Shown here piece by piece: positions 49,734 to 59,105 of a stretch of 64,000 nucleotides of DNA. This DNA comes from Chloroflexota bacterium (GTDB lineage: Bacteria; Chloroflexota; Chloroflexia; QHBQ01). Where the stretch lies: NCBI GenBank assembly GCA_043754535.1, contig JAYUUN010000090.1, positions 1 through 64,000 on the forward strand, read 5' to 3'. Within the stretch, counting starts at the first letter, position 1, and each line of letters starts with the position of its first letter. Position numbers and translations under genes: made by a program. The notes beneath the pieces are model-generated. The model searched no databases, was not told the DNA's origin, and saw nothing but the letters and a program-made list of their open reading frames with translations.

Positions 49734-51014
49734 TCAGCCCGCCTCCATTGCCCGCTGTTGCAGGTAGGGCAGCACAATGCGGTTGAACAGCACTGTGAAG
49801 ATTGCGGTGATCGGCACCGCTAGGATCGCCCCCAGTAGCCCGAACAGGCTACCCCAGATCAGCACCGCTGTCAGCACTAGCAAGGGAGGCAAGTCAACCG
49901 CCGCCCCCATTACGCGCGGAACGATCAGGTTGTTCTCCAGTTGCTGGATCACGACGTAGAGGATCAGCACCTTGAGGCCGAGGTCGAAGCCGCCAGTGGC
50001 AAAGCCGACCGTGATCGCCGGGATCGAGCCGATGATCGGGCCAATGGTAGGGATCAGTTCGGTGATGCCCGCCAGCACCGCCAACACCACAGCGTACTTC
50101 ACCCCCAGCAGCAGCAGCCCAGCGAAGGAGAGACCACCAATGATCAGCCCCAGGATCAACTCGCCACGAATGTAGCCGCCGATCTTGCTGGCAAGCTCGT
50201 TCAATACGTCAGCAGCGTAGGCCCGACGGCTGGGCGCAATGGTGGTGAGGAAGATGCGTTGCGGCTGGTCACGTAGCATCACCCAGTAGAAGGCGATCAC
50301 CAGCACACTGACGAAACCAATTGTCACTGTGCCGATCCCCCCCAGCACACTGATTAGGACAGCGATCAGCGGGCCGAAGAAGTCGCTCAGGCCGCCACTG
50401 CCGCCGCCACCAGTGCCAGTTGCCAGGCTAGGGGCAACCGTCGTCGTGCTGCTCAAACCGTTCGCCGTGGAGATCGTTGTCGTGCTGGTGATCGTGCCGA
50501 GCGTGTTGGTCAGGGTCGGCGTGCTGGCGGTGTTGGTCAGCAGGCCAGTGGCATTTAGCAGCGGCTTGAGCGGTTCACGTAGGAAGTCGGGGGCTTTGTC
50601 GTAAATCTGGTGCGCGAAATTGGGTGCATTCTGGGCCAGCCCTTGCAAGTCGTTGGCGACCGGGCGGATGGTAAAGAAAAGTAGCAGGATCAGGCCACCC
50701 AGCACCGCCACGTAGATCAGCAAGGTAGCCAGCACGCGTGGCAGCTTCAGCCGCTCCAACCGATCTACTGCGGGCATGATGCCAAGAGCAACGGTGATCG
50801 CCAGCAACACTAGCAGGATGATACTAATCAGGTCGCGCAGAGCGGCTAGAAAGAGGATCAGCCCCAGGGCAGCAAAGAAAATCGCGGCGATGGTGCCAGG
50901 AGTGATGTGAATGTCGCGGGCCGGGTTGGGCAGGGAGGTAAAGTCGGGAGCTGGCACCGTCACTTCCGCATCGGCGCGGCTCTGACCAGTAGCTGGCTTG
51001 GTTTGGCTGCTCAT
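49734..51014 (-). CDS. AI-2E family transporter
   Basis: GYIRG, IPTIGP, IQQLENNLIVPR, GAILAVP. Confidence 0.9.
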   Translation of the reverse strand: MSSQTKPATGQSRADAEVTVPAPDFTSLPNPARDIHITPGTIAAIFFAALGLILFLAALRDLISIILLVLLAITVALGIMPAVDRLERLKLPRVLATLLIYVAVLGGLILLLFFTIRPVANDLQGLAQNAPNFAHQIYDKAPDFLREPLKPLLNATGLLTNTASTPTLTNTLGTITSTTTISTANGLSSTTTVAPSLATGTGGGGSGGLSDFFGPLIAVLISVLGGIGTVTIGFVSVLVIAFYWVMLRDQPQRIFLTTIAPSRRAYAADVLNELASKIGGYIRGELILGLIIGGLSFAGLLLLGVKYAVVLAVLAGITELIPTIGPIIGSIPAITVGFATGGFDLGLKVLILYVVIQQLENNLIVPRVMGAAVDLPPLLVLTAVLIWGSLFGLLGAILAVPITAIFTVLFNRIVLPYLQQRAMEAG

Positions 51015-51137
51015 TAGTGGGCGATCTCCTCCAAATTGCCAAAGCAGCACAGTTGCAACTCGCTGCTTGATAGGCTAGAATAGAACACTATATAACAGGA
51101 TTTGGGCCAGCAGCCCGCTAAAGCGAGGAGCAATTTC

Positions 51138-51455
51138 ATGCCTAAGTTGAGCGAAGCCGAACTGGAAGCCGCACTAGCCCTCTTGCCGGGCTGGCAGGTG
51201 GCGGCAGGTCAGTTGAAGAAGCAGTATAGTCCCAAGGATTTCGCTGCCGCTATCGCCTTCGTCAACCAGGTAGCCCAGATCGCCGAGGCCGCTGCCCACC
51301 ACCCCGACATCGTGATCAACTACGCCAGGGTGACGCTTGGCACCTCCACCCACTCGCTGGGCAGCGTGATCACCGAGAAGGATACAGCTCTTGCCACCCA
51401 GATCGAGCAGGCTTACGCAGCAACTAGCGCACTACCAGCCGAGCAGACCAGATGA
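51138..51455 (+). CDS. Pterin-4a-carbinolamine dehydratase
   Basis: LPGW, FVNQVA..AE..HHPD, THS..TEKD. Confidence 0.9.
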   Translation: MPKLSEAELEAALALLPGWQVAAGQLKKQYSPKDFAAAIAFVNQVAQIAEAAAHHPDIVINYARVTLGTSTHSLGSVITEKDTALATQIEQAYAATSALPAEQTR

Positions 51456-51632
51456 GGCTAGCGTCCCTGCTGGCCTATGGCGAGAAGCGATAGGGCTAGT
51501 CCTGAGCATTGCAATCTGGTATCTGCTTGCCTTATAATTAGGGACAAGCTACTCCCCCAAGCCCAATGCCAGGTTGAATGTAGATCGATAGCGACGGTGC
51601 TGCTTGACGAGGGTAGGTAAAGAAGGTTGATC

Positions 51633-52541
51633 ATGAGCTTCGGCAGCAGTTTTGACCGCTCCCCCAACGATGCTGACTGGGGTCACTACTATGCCCCTGG
51701 GGCGGGGGTGCGCCTACATTATGTGCGCCAGGGCAAAGGGCCGCCAGTCCTCTTGTTGCACGGCTGGCCGGGCTTCTGGTACGATTGGCGGCACGTAATC
51801 CCGCTGCTGGCTGGCGAAGCCGACCTAATCGCCCCCGACTTTCGCGGATTTGGCGGCTCGGACAAGCCCGACTTGCCACCCGCCGCCGGGTACAGCCCAG
51901 CAGTGCTGGCCGCAGACTTGCTGGCCCTGCTCGACCACTTGCAGCTTGAGCGCGTGGTGGTGGCGGCACACGACATCGGCGCGAGCGTGGCCCAGGTGTT
52001 GGCCCGTACTGCGCCGCAGCGGATCAGCGCACTGGTGCTATTTGACCCAGCCTATGGCGGCGTTGGCAACCGCCGCTACGATCCAGGCGTGCAACAGGAG
52101 TTTTGGTACCAACATCTGCATAACCTGTCCTGGGCCGACCAGTTGATTGGCTACAACCGCGATACGGTTGCACTCTACCTGGGCCATTTCTATGACCACT
52201 GGGTGGGCCGCAAAGACAGTGTGCGCCCCATAGAGTTCGGTCACATTGTCGATCAATATGCCCAGCCAGGAGCAGTACGGGCCAGCATTGCTTACTACAA
52301 AGCACGGGCGGGCAGCCGCCAGGCCGAAGCAAATGCTGCCCCGCCAGCCCCGATCAGCCAGCCCACGATCATCCGTTGGGGCGAGGCCGATCCAGTGATG
52401 CGAGTGGAATGGGCTGACCGCCTGGGCGAATATTTTGCTGATTACCAGTTGCGGACGCTCCCCGGCGTGGGCCACTTCGTCCCCTTCGAGGCGGCGGACG
52501 AGGCAGCAGCGGCTATCCGCCTGGCCCTCCAGCTCGGCTAA
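51633..52541 (+). CDS. Alpha/beta hydrolase (epoxide hydrolase-like)
   Basis: HGWP, PDFRGFG, HDIG, FWY, GHFVP. Confidence 0.88.
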   Translation: MSFGSSFDRSPNDADWGHYYAPGAGVRLHYVRQGKGPPVLLLHGWPGFWYDWRHVIPLLAGEADLIAPDFRGFGGSDKPDLPPAAGYSPAVLAADLLALLDHLQLERVVVAAHDIGASVAQVLARTAPQRISALVLFDPAYGGVGNRRYDPGVQQEFWYQHLHNLSWADQLIGYNRDTVALYLGHFYDHWVGRKDSVRPIEFGHIVDQYAQPGAVRASIAYYKARAGSRQAEANAAPPAPISQPTIIRWGEADPVMRVEWADRLGEYFADYQLRTLPGVGHFVPFEAADEAAAAIRLALQLG

Positions 52542-52588
52542 AGATTTTGGGGAAAGTACAGATTGCTGCTGGTTTGAGAAGGAAAGAT

Positions 52589-53125
52589 ATGCAAGACCAA
52601 CAAAACAGGATCGTGGTGCTAGAAGGAGATATTACCCTACTGGCGGTGGATGCCATCGTCAACGCGGCCAACAACAGCCTGCTGGGCGGCGGTGGGGTAG
52701 ACGGCGCAATCCACAGAGCCGCCGGGCCAGGATTGCTGGTAGAGACGCGCAAGCTAGGTGGCTGCCCAACCGGAGAGGCGAAGATCACTGCTGGCTACAA
52801 CCTACCCGCCCGCTATGTAATCCACACCGTCGGCCCAATCTGGCAGGGTGGCGAGCAAGGCGAAGCGGAGTTGCTGGCTAGCTGCTACCGCAACTCCTTG
52901 CGGCTGGCAGTGCAGCACGACATTCACACTATCGCCTTCCCCGCGATCAGCACCGGTGTGTACAGCTACCCGCTGGCCGAGGCCACCCGCATCGCAGTGC
53001 GCGAAGTGGTCAGCTTCCTACGGAGCGCGCCGAGTATCACGCAGGTCATTTTCGCCTGTTTGGGGCGCACGAGTAGCGAAACCTATACAACTGTCTTGAA
53101 GGGGACGGGTGAGCAGTCCAAATAA
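52589..53125 (+). CDS. Macro domain O-acetyl-ADP-ribose deacetylase (YmdB-like)
   Basis: [32 protein letters not shown]. Confidence 0.92.
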   Translation: MQDQQNRIVVLEGDITLLAVDAIVNAANNSLLGGGGVDGAIHRAAGPGLLVETRKLGGCPTGEAKITAGYNLPARYVIHTVGPIWQGGEQGEAELLASCYRNSLRLAVQHDIHTIAFPAISTGVYSYPLAEATRIAVREVVSFLRSAPSITQVIFACLGRTSSETYTTVLKGTGEQSK

Positions 53126-53157
53126 AACAAAGTCGGCTCAAAAGGATTAAAGGAAAA

Positions 53158-53679
53158 GTGATGAACAACAACGTTGCGGTAAACACAACCGCCTGGCTGG
53201 TAGACATTGGCTACGTAGTGCGAGCCAGTGAGGGGAAGTTCAAGCTGGACTACCTCAAAGCAGAGCGGTTTCTACAAGAGACGTGTGGCCCCACCCGCAC
53301 CTTCCTCTTTAACGTCTTCGACCCCACCCTCGGCATTCAGCCGGGCCTGCGCGCCTTCTACGACGCGATGAGCAGGCAGGGGATGACTATCCTGCTGCAC
53401 CCTGCCCAGTTGCAAGGCAGCCAGCCGCGCACCCACCAGTGCCGCCTGGATGCCGACTTCAGCGCGCACCTGCTCTGGCAGGCAGGCTTGCCCTTCGTTG
53501 AGACGGTGGTGATCACCACTGGCGAAGCCGACTTCGTGCCGCCAGTCGAACTGGCCCGCGCCGAGTGCGCTAAGCGGGTGATCCTTTTCTCCTACAACGC
53601 CCTTGTTCCCTATGAGCTGGCGAGCGTTGCCAACGAGTGGTGGCAGTTTGAGTACGTCGCCGAGCAGGTAATGCGTTAA
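53158..53679 (+). CDS. NYN (PIN-like) domain protein, divergent
   Basis: WLVDIGYV, LDADF, ITTGEADFVP..KRVIL..EL..VA. Confidence 0.7.
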   Translation: MMNNNVAVNTTAWLVDIGYVVRASEGKFKLDYLKAERFLQETCGPTRTFLFNVFDPTLGIQPGLRAFYDAMSRQGMTILLHPAQLQGSQPRTHQCRLDADFSAHLLWQAGLPFVETVVITTGEADFVPPVELARAECAKRVILFSYNALVPYELASVANEWWQFEYVAEQVMR

Positions 53680-53727
53680 GCGTCCGTCATTCTGCTTGCC
53701 ACCTACAAAGGATATGTGCCAGAGCTA

Positions 53728-53757
53728 TTGACAGCAGGTGTGAGGCTGGCGTATAAT
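53728..53757 (+). promoter_or_regulatory. Sigma70 promoter
   Basis: TTGACA, 18 bp, TATAAT. Confidence 0.7.
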
Positions 53758-53798
53758 CGTCATGTAGACATAACGTGCGTGCTTACAAGGGGGTTACA

Positions 53799-56492
53799 AT
53801 GAAGATTAGCCTACATCCCATCCATTTTGTCCGCCTGCTGGCGGTACCGCTACTGTTGCTGCTGATCCTCTCGCCCCTTGCGCCACCGCGTAGCCCCGCC
53901 CACGCCCAGCAAGCAAGCGGTAACACCCTCCCTGATGCAACTCTCAGCCCCAGCCTGTTCAGCCCAGAGCAGGGTGTGGGGAGCGGCACGCCGGTGGCTG
54001 GCGATAGCATCCTGATCCCGGCTGGCGCAGCCGAGGCGAGCTTTATCAGTGCCGCCATCGCCACTTCGCGTCCCTTCAGCCACCTGCTGCCCCATTATGT
54101 CGGTGAGGTGCCAAAGGGTGGCAGCGTGGGCCTGGACGTGCGCTTTGGCAAGGACGGGCAGAATTGGGGCGACTGGCAGCCAACTGACCTGGAGGATGTG
54201 AGCAACCCCCTACGCGACCGGGCAGGCGAACGCTTCGTCAACCTGGTGACCGTACCACGCAGTAGTGATGCAGTGAGCGGCACCAATACTACCGCTAGCT
54301 TCGCTCAGGCACGTCTCCGCTTGCGCGGCAGCGGCAATCTCAGCCCACGCATCAGCAAGCTGACCCTTAGCTTCATCGACGCAGGCAACAGTGGGGCCAT
54401 TATCAGCCAGCCCAGTGGCGGCCAAAAGCCCCCTCTGATCAGCCGCAGCAGTTGGGGCGCACCAGACGGTCAGCAGTCACCCGCCTGGCTACCCCTTTAC
54501 CAGCAGGTCACCCATATTATCATCCACCAGACTGGCACCAGCAACACCACCACCGATTGGGCTGCCGAGGTGCGCGCCCTCTGGTTCGCCCAGGCAAAGG
54601 TGCGCGGCTGGGGCGATCTAGGCTATAACTTCCTGATCGACCCGCTTGGCAACATCTACGAGGGGCGGGCGGGCGGTGACAACGTGGTGGGCGGGGCTGC
54701 CTACCCCTTCAGCAACGGCAGCGTCACCGTCGCCCTGCTTGGTAGCTATCTCACCAACGCACCCAGCGATGTGCAGGGAGCAGCCCTCGTGCGCTTGCTA
54801 GGTTGGAAGGTCAACCAGCTTGGCCTCGACCCCCAGGGCAGCAGCAAGATCACTGCCTACCTGGCTTGTGGACAGAGTACCACTGTGGACAAGCCCAGCA
54901 TTGCGGGCGCACGAGACTACGCTGGCGAAGGCTGCAATAGTACCTTCAACAACAGTACTAGCCCTGGTGACGGTGTCTACAACCAGCTAGACCGCATCCG
55001 CGCCGCGATCATCACTGCCCAACCACGCTACAACGCCCTGTTCCTCGGCACCGACAGCCCAACAGTGATGGCCGCTGGTGGCACTTACAACGTCAACCTC
55101 AGCGTCCGCAATGGTGGTTCGCTCACCTGGTCACCGACGGTAACGAACCCGGTGCGGCTCGGCTACCGCTGGTTCAGCGGCGACAAGTTGATCGAGGGCG
55201 GCATCCAGGACTTCCGCGCCAGCCTGCCTCAGGCCGTGCCATTCGGCGGTGTCCTTAGCCTCTATGCGAAGGTGAACGCCCCCAGCACCCCTGGCAATTA
55301 CACCCTGCTATGGGATATGGTGGAGGAGAATGTCACCTGGTTCTACGAGCAAGGCTCCACCCCCTTGCGCCTGGCGGTCAGCGTGGTCAGCGGCAACGCC
55401 GGGGCGGGCGACACCGCGCCACCAGTCAGCCGCATCTTCGGTCTCAAGCCCTACCAGACCAGTGAACAGTTCATCATCCGTTGGAGTGGGCTGGACGATG
55501 CGGGCGGGAGCGGCATCTTCAACTACGACGTGCAATATAAGATCGCACCCAATGGCGAGTGGCAAACCCTGGCTGGCAATTCGAGCGCGAACGAGGCGGG
55601 CTTCAGTGGCAAGAACGGCTACACCTACTACTTCCGGGTGCGCGCCCGCGACCGGGCAGGCAACACCGAACTATTCCGCAATACGCCCGATGCTTATACG
55701 ACGGTAGACGTGGTGGCCCCTAACCTGGCGATCAGTCGCCCGCTGAATGGCGCAATCCAGCCTAACGGGGCGATCACCGTCACTGGCGAAGTCGAGCCGG
55801 GCGCACTGGTGATGGTCAACGGCAAAGCAGCACAGGTGAGTGGCGGTAGCTTTACTGCAACGCTGACCACTACGCAGGCGGGTCGCAACCTGGTGGTCAG
55901 CACAGAGGCGATTGATGGGGCGGGCAATAGCAGCCAACAGGCGGTGATCGTCCGTTTGCAGAGCAACTTCAGCGATGTGGAGCGCGACAACTTCGCCCGT
56001 GAAGCGATCATCTACGTGGCTGACCGCAGGATCATGGCTGGCTACTCCGACGGCAGCTTCCGACCTGGCAGCCCGCTGATCCGCAGCGAAGCGGCACGGG
56101 TGGCAGTGTTGGCCGCAGGAGGCAAGGTGATCAGCCCAACACGGGCCAGCTTCAGCGACGTGCCGACCGACGACGCGAGTTTTGCCTACATTGAGACGGC
56201 AGCGGCTAAGGGCGTGATCAGCGGCACCGGCGGCCAGTTCAAGCCTAAGGAAGCAATCACCCGCGCCGACTTCCTGCGCCTGCTAATTGGTACGCACGGC
56301 TATGCGTTGGCAAACCCCAACAAGGCCACCTTTACCGACATCTCCAACAGCGCATCCGACTACCAGTATGTGGAGACGGCGGTGAAGAACAACCTGCTAC
56401 CGCCCAGCTATCTCAGCGGCAGCACCTTCGACCCCACCACTCCCATCACCCGCGCCGAAGCCGCCTGGATGCTGCGCCAGTCGTTGCGCTAG
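53799..56492 (+). CDS. Secreted amidase_2/PGRP-like + Ig/Fn3 + SLH protein, catalytic residues degenerate
   Basis: SRSSWGA, GWGDLGYNFLID..IYEGR; Ig-like (WDMVEE..WF), Fn3 (YYFRVRA), three SLH repeats (TRAE/D). Confidence 0.85.
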   Translation: MKISLHPIHFVRLLAVPLLLLLILSPLAPPRSPAHAQQASGNTLPDATLSPSLFSPEQGVGSGTPVAGDSILIPAGAAEASFISAAIATSRPFSHLLPHYVGEVPKGGSVGLDVRFGKDGQNWGDWQPTDLEDVSNPLRDRAGERFVNLVTVPRSSDAVSGTNTTASFAQARLRLRGSGNLSPRISKLTLSFIDAGNSGAIISQPSGGQKPPLISRSSWGAPDGQQSPAWLPLYQQVTHIIIHQTGTSNTTTDWAAEVRALWFAQAKVRGWGDLGYNFLIDPLGNIYEGRAGGDNVVGGAAYPFSNGSVTVALLGSYLTNAPSDVQGAALVRLLGWKVNQLGLDPQGSSKITAYLACGQSTTVDKPSIAGARDYAGEGCNSTFNNSTSPGDGVYNQLDRIRAAIITAQPRYNALFLGTDSPTVMAAGGTYNVNLSVRNGGSLTWSPTVTNPVRLGYRWFSGDKLIEGGIQDFRASLPQAVPFGGVLSLYAKVNAPSTPGNYTLLWDMVEENVTWFYEQGSTPLRLAVSVVSGNAGAGDTAPPVSRIFGLKPYQTSEQFIIRWSGLDDAGGSGIFNYDVQYKIAPNGEWQTLAGNSSANEAGFSGKNGYTYYFRVRARDRAGNTELFRNTPDAYTTVDVVAPNLAISRPLNGAIQPNGAITVTGEVEPGALVMVNGKAAQVSGGSFTATLTTTQAGRNLVVSTEAIDGAGNSSQQAVIVRLQSNFSDVERDNFAREAIIYVADRRIMAGYSDGSFRPGSPLIRSEAARVAVLAAGGKVISPTRASFSDVPTDDASFAYIETAAAKGVISGTGGQFKPKEAITRADFLRLLIGTHGYALANPNKATFTDISNSASDYQYVETAVKNNLLPPSYLSGSTFDPTTPITRAEAAWMLRQSLR

Positions 56493-56512
56493 CCTGGAGT
56501 AGCAACAAAGCG

Positions 56513-56543
56513 AAGGGGATCGCCAGATGGTGATCCCCTTTGT
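56513..56543. terminator. Hairpin between convergent genes
   Basis: aaggggatcgcc..ggtgatcccctt. Confidence 0.7.
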
Positions 56544-56563
56544 GCTGGCCGGCCCCACCGCAG

Positions 56564-57583
56564 CTATTGCGCACTAGCCTTCCAGTCCCGCTCGAAGACA
56601 GAGCGCAGGCGGTTGACCAGCGCACCGTCGTTGAAGATGATCCCCAGCTCGCGGTTCTGGTCCAGCGAAGTGGTGCTGATGTTGACCGAGCCGATCCAGG
56701 CGAGATTACCGTCTACGATGAAGGCTTTGGCGTGCATATAGACGCGGTTGCGGGCCATGTACTGGGTCTGGCCGCCTGCACTGGTAATGCGCTGAAGATC
56801 GGGATTGGCGGCCTGCTGGTTACCGCTAGGGGCAGGTGAGATCAGGCGCACAGCCACCCCGCGCCTGGCAGCATCAGCGATGTGCTGACTAACTTCCTCG
56901 TCGTTCACCTCCTCTGCCTCAATCTCCAAAGTGCGTCTTGCCCTATCGATCAGGCCGAGAAAGGTGCGCCGCGAGTTGAGGTTGCTCCAAACCAGGTTGG
57001 GGCGGTCGAGGCGCGGGGTTTGGTTCAGCCAGTCTGCATCGAACACGGTGCTAACCTCGCGCACATCGTCGGGGTTACTGTCCAACACACCATACTCGCG
57101 GTTCTTGCTGAAGGCCGAGCGGCTGGCGTTCAGGGTCATGATGATCGCCAGTTGGTCGTCCACCACCACTGCCTTCTGGTGAGTGAAGCGAAAGACAGGG
57201 TTTGACCAGTGAACATCTACGCCAGCAGCGGTCAGTTGGTCGGCAACTGTCTGGTTGCTGCCACCGCCGCCGAAGGGGTGTTGCTCAAGCATCACGCGCA
57301 CGTTCACCCCATGCTGCTGGGCTGCAATCAATGCGTTGATCACCTCGCTATCACTGAGCAGGTACATGACCATACGGATGCTCTTGCGCGCTCCGTTCAG
57401 TTGGTCGAGCAAGGGGGCGTAGCTGTCGTCTGGCTCAACAAAGAGGCGCAGCTTACTCTGCGGCCCCGGTGGGTAGCTGCTAATTGGAGCGACGGTGCCG
57501 ACTTCCACCGGGACAGAGACAGTGCTACTGTCGCAGCCAACCAACAGCAGGATCAGTAGCAGAAGCAAAGGAATACGGCGCAT
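56564..57583 (-). CDS. Phospholipase D-like lipoprotein (two HKD motifs)
   Basis: Lipobox LVGC; HQKAVVVD, HAKAFIVD, NRE. Confidence 0.88.
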   Translation of the reverse strand: MRRIPLLLLLILLLVGCDSSTVSVPVEVGTVAPISSYPPGPQSKLRLFVEPDDSYAPLLDQLNGARKSIRMVMYLLSDSEVINALIAAQQHGVNVRVMLEQHPFGGGGSNQTVADQLTAAGVDVHWSNPVFRFTHQKAVVVDDQLAIIMTLNASRSAFSKNREYGVLDSNPDDVREVSTVFDADWLNQTPRLDRPNLVWSNLNSRRTFLGLIDRARRTLEIEAEEVNDEEVSQHIADAARRGVAVRLISPAPSGNQQAANPDLQRITSAGGQTQYMARNRVYMHAKAFIVDGNLAWIGSVNISTTSLDQNRELGIIFNDGALVNRLRSVFERDWKASAQ

Positions 57584-57591
57584 CGTTCCTC

Positions 57592-58617
57592 CTAAAGGTC
57601 GCTGGCACTGACCCGCCCACCCTCAGTGCCGTTGTTGTCATCCACGTTCTTGTCGTGGCCGAACGAGCCAGAGAGGCGAATGGGTGGGTCGTTGGCTTCG
57701 GGTTGGTTGTTGGTAAAGGAGCCGCTGACCCGCTGCGGTAGCTGCACCTGGTTCTGTGTTTGGCCCTGTGGCTGGCTCTGCCCTTGCTGCATGGCACTGC
57801 TGCCGCCCTGCCACTGCCATGGCTGCTTACCGCCGCTGATCGTCTCAATATCATTAAGGATGTCGTCCAGTTCTTCGGCCCGCCGCAGGGTAATCGTGAT
57901 ATTGGTCTTGCGCTGTTCGCTACGGGTGACGGTGTAGTTGCGCCCACCGTAGCTAGGGTGGTCGGCCTGCTCGTCGCCTGCCTCGGTGATCTCCAAGCGC
58001 AGGCTGCCGCCGTCATCAAGGGAGATTTCGCTATGCAGGCCAGCCTCGTCCTTGCTGCCCTGGATTAGATTGTGCTGCTCACCGAGCAGGTCATAGCCAG
58101 CGTTCTGCAAATCGCGCTCAATCTGGCTGCGGTCGCTGTACATACTGAAGCTCATCTTGCTTGCTCCTAACTTGAGTCGCTGGGTGTCGCTGACAAACCA
58201 GCGGTTATCTACCTGCCCTGCGACGATCAGCAGGGTGGGGCCGGTGGTGACGCTCATCGTCAATATTGCGCTGGGCCGTAGCGGGAGGGTGTTGAGGCTA
58301 AGCGGTGCGCCCTGGTCGTCGCTGATCGCGATACCATCATAGGTGGGGTTGGGCAGGCTGTCCATGCCCAGTCGCGTACGTTCGTCGGTGAAGTAGGCGG
58401 TATTAAAGGCGACGATGCGGAACTGGGCAGGTAGGCGCAACGCCCTCGCCCGCTCAAAGTCACGGTCGCCCAGGGCCGCCACGTAATTCTGGGCGGCCAA
58501 CAGTGGACTGGGCGCACCAGTGATCGCCACGCTACCACAGCCACTCAAAGTGCAGAACAGAAGGAGCAGCACGAAGGTGGAGGCGAGGCACCGCCTGGTT
58601 AGCCGACCCAGCCTCAC
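57592..58617 (-). CDS. Hypothetical lipoprotein
   Basis: Lipobox LSGC; overlaps the upstream stop; Q-rich C-terminus. Confidence 0.65.
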   Translation of the reverse strand: MRLGRLTRRCLASTFVLLLLFCTLSGCGSVAITGAPSPLLAAQNYVAALGDRDFERARALRLPAQFRIVAFNTAYFTDERTRLGMDSLPNPTYDGIAISDDQGAPLSLNTLPLRPSAILTMSVTTGPTLLIVAGQVDNRWFVSDTQRLKLGASKMSFSMYSDRSQIERDLQNAGYDLLGEQHNLIQGSKDEAGLHSEISLDDGGSLRLEITEAGDEQADHPSYGGRNYTVTRSEQRKTNITITLRRAEELDDILNDIETISGGKQPWQWQGGSSAMQQGQSQPQGQTQNQVQLPQRVSGSFTNNQPEANDPPIRLSGSFGHDKNVDDNNGTEGGRVSASDL

Positions 58618-59093
58618 ACCGTTTGCTCCGTACGCACCACACGGATGTCTGGGGCGTGTATCTGGTCGTGCAAGCCGACCACGCGCAGGAGATTGCCCAC
58701 ACTGATGTCCAGGTAGAGAGGGTGGCTGGTGTGAAGCTCCAGTTGCTCGTCGCTGAACTGGTCAACCAACGCAGCGGCGCGCTCATGCGCCTGCTCAAAC
58801 TGGGCTAGCAAGTCGGGAACGCTGCGCCCACGCTGCTTGCGAATCTGGCTGGCGTTCCAGCGGTCGAGATCGAGCGTGGGGTCGAAGGGAGCTTCGCCAC
58901 GCACGGATCGCTCAACCATATTGCACAGTTCGTTGTTGTTGACCGCCAGGTGTGCCAGGTTGTCGATCACCAACCAGTCGGGGTTGCCGCTCTGCTGCTC
59001 CCACTCGTCATCCTGGATCGCAGAGAACGCAGCCAGTGCGGTTTCGCGGCCTGCGCTCAGAGTGCGCTTGATCTTCTCGCGATTAACAGCCAT
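58614..59093 (-). CDS. DinB/maleylpyruvate isomerase-like protein
   Basis: WLVIDNLAHL..HDQIHAPDI. Confidence 0.8.
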   Translation of the reverse strand: MAVNREKIKRTLSAGRETALAAFSAIQDDEWEQQSGNPDWLVIDNLAHLAVNNNELCNMVERSVRGEAPFDPTLDLDRWNASQIRKQRGRSVPDLLAQFEQAHERAAALVDQFSDEQLELHTSHPLYLDISVGNLLRVVGLHDQIHAPDIRVVRTEQTV

Positions 59094-59105
59094 CTTTAGC
59101 CCTCC

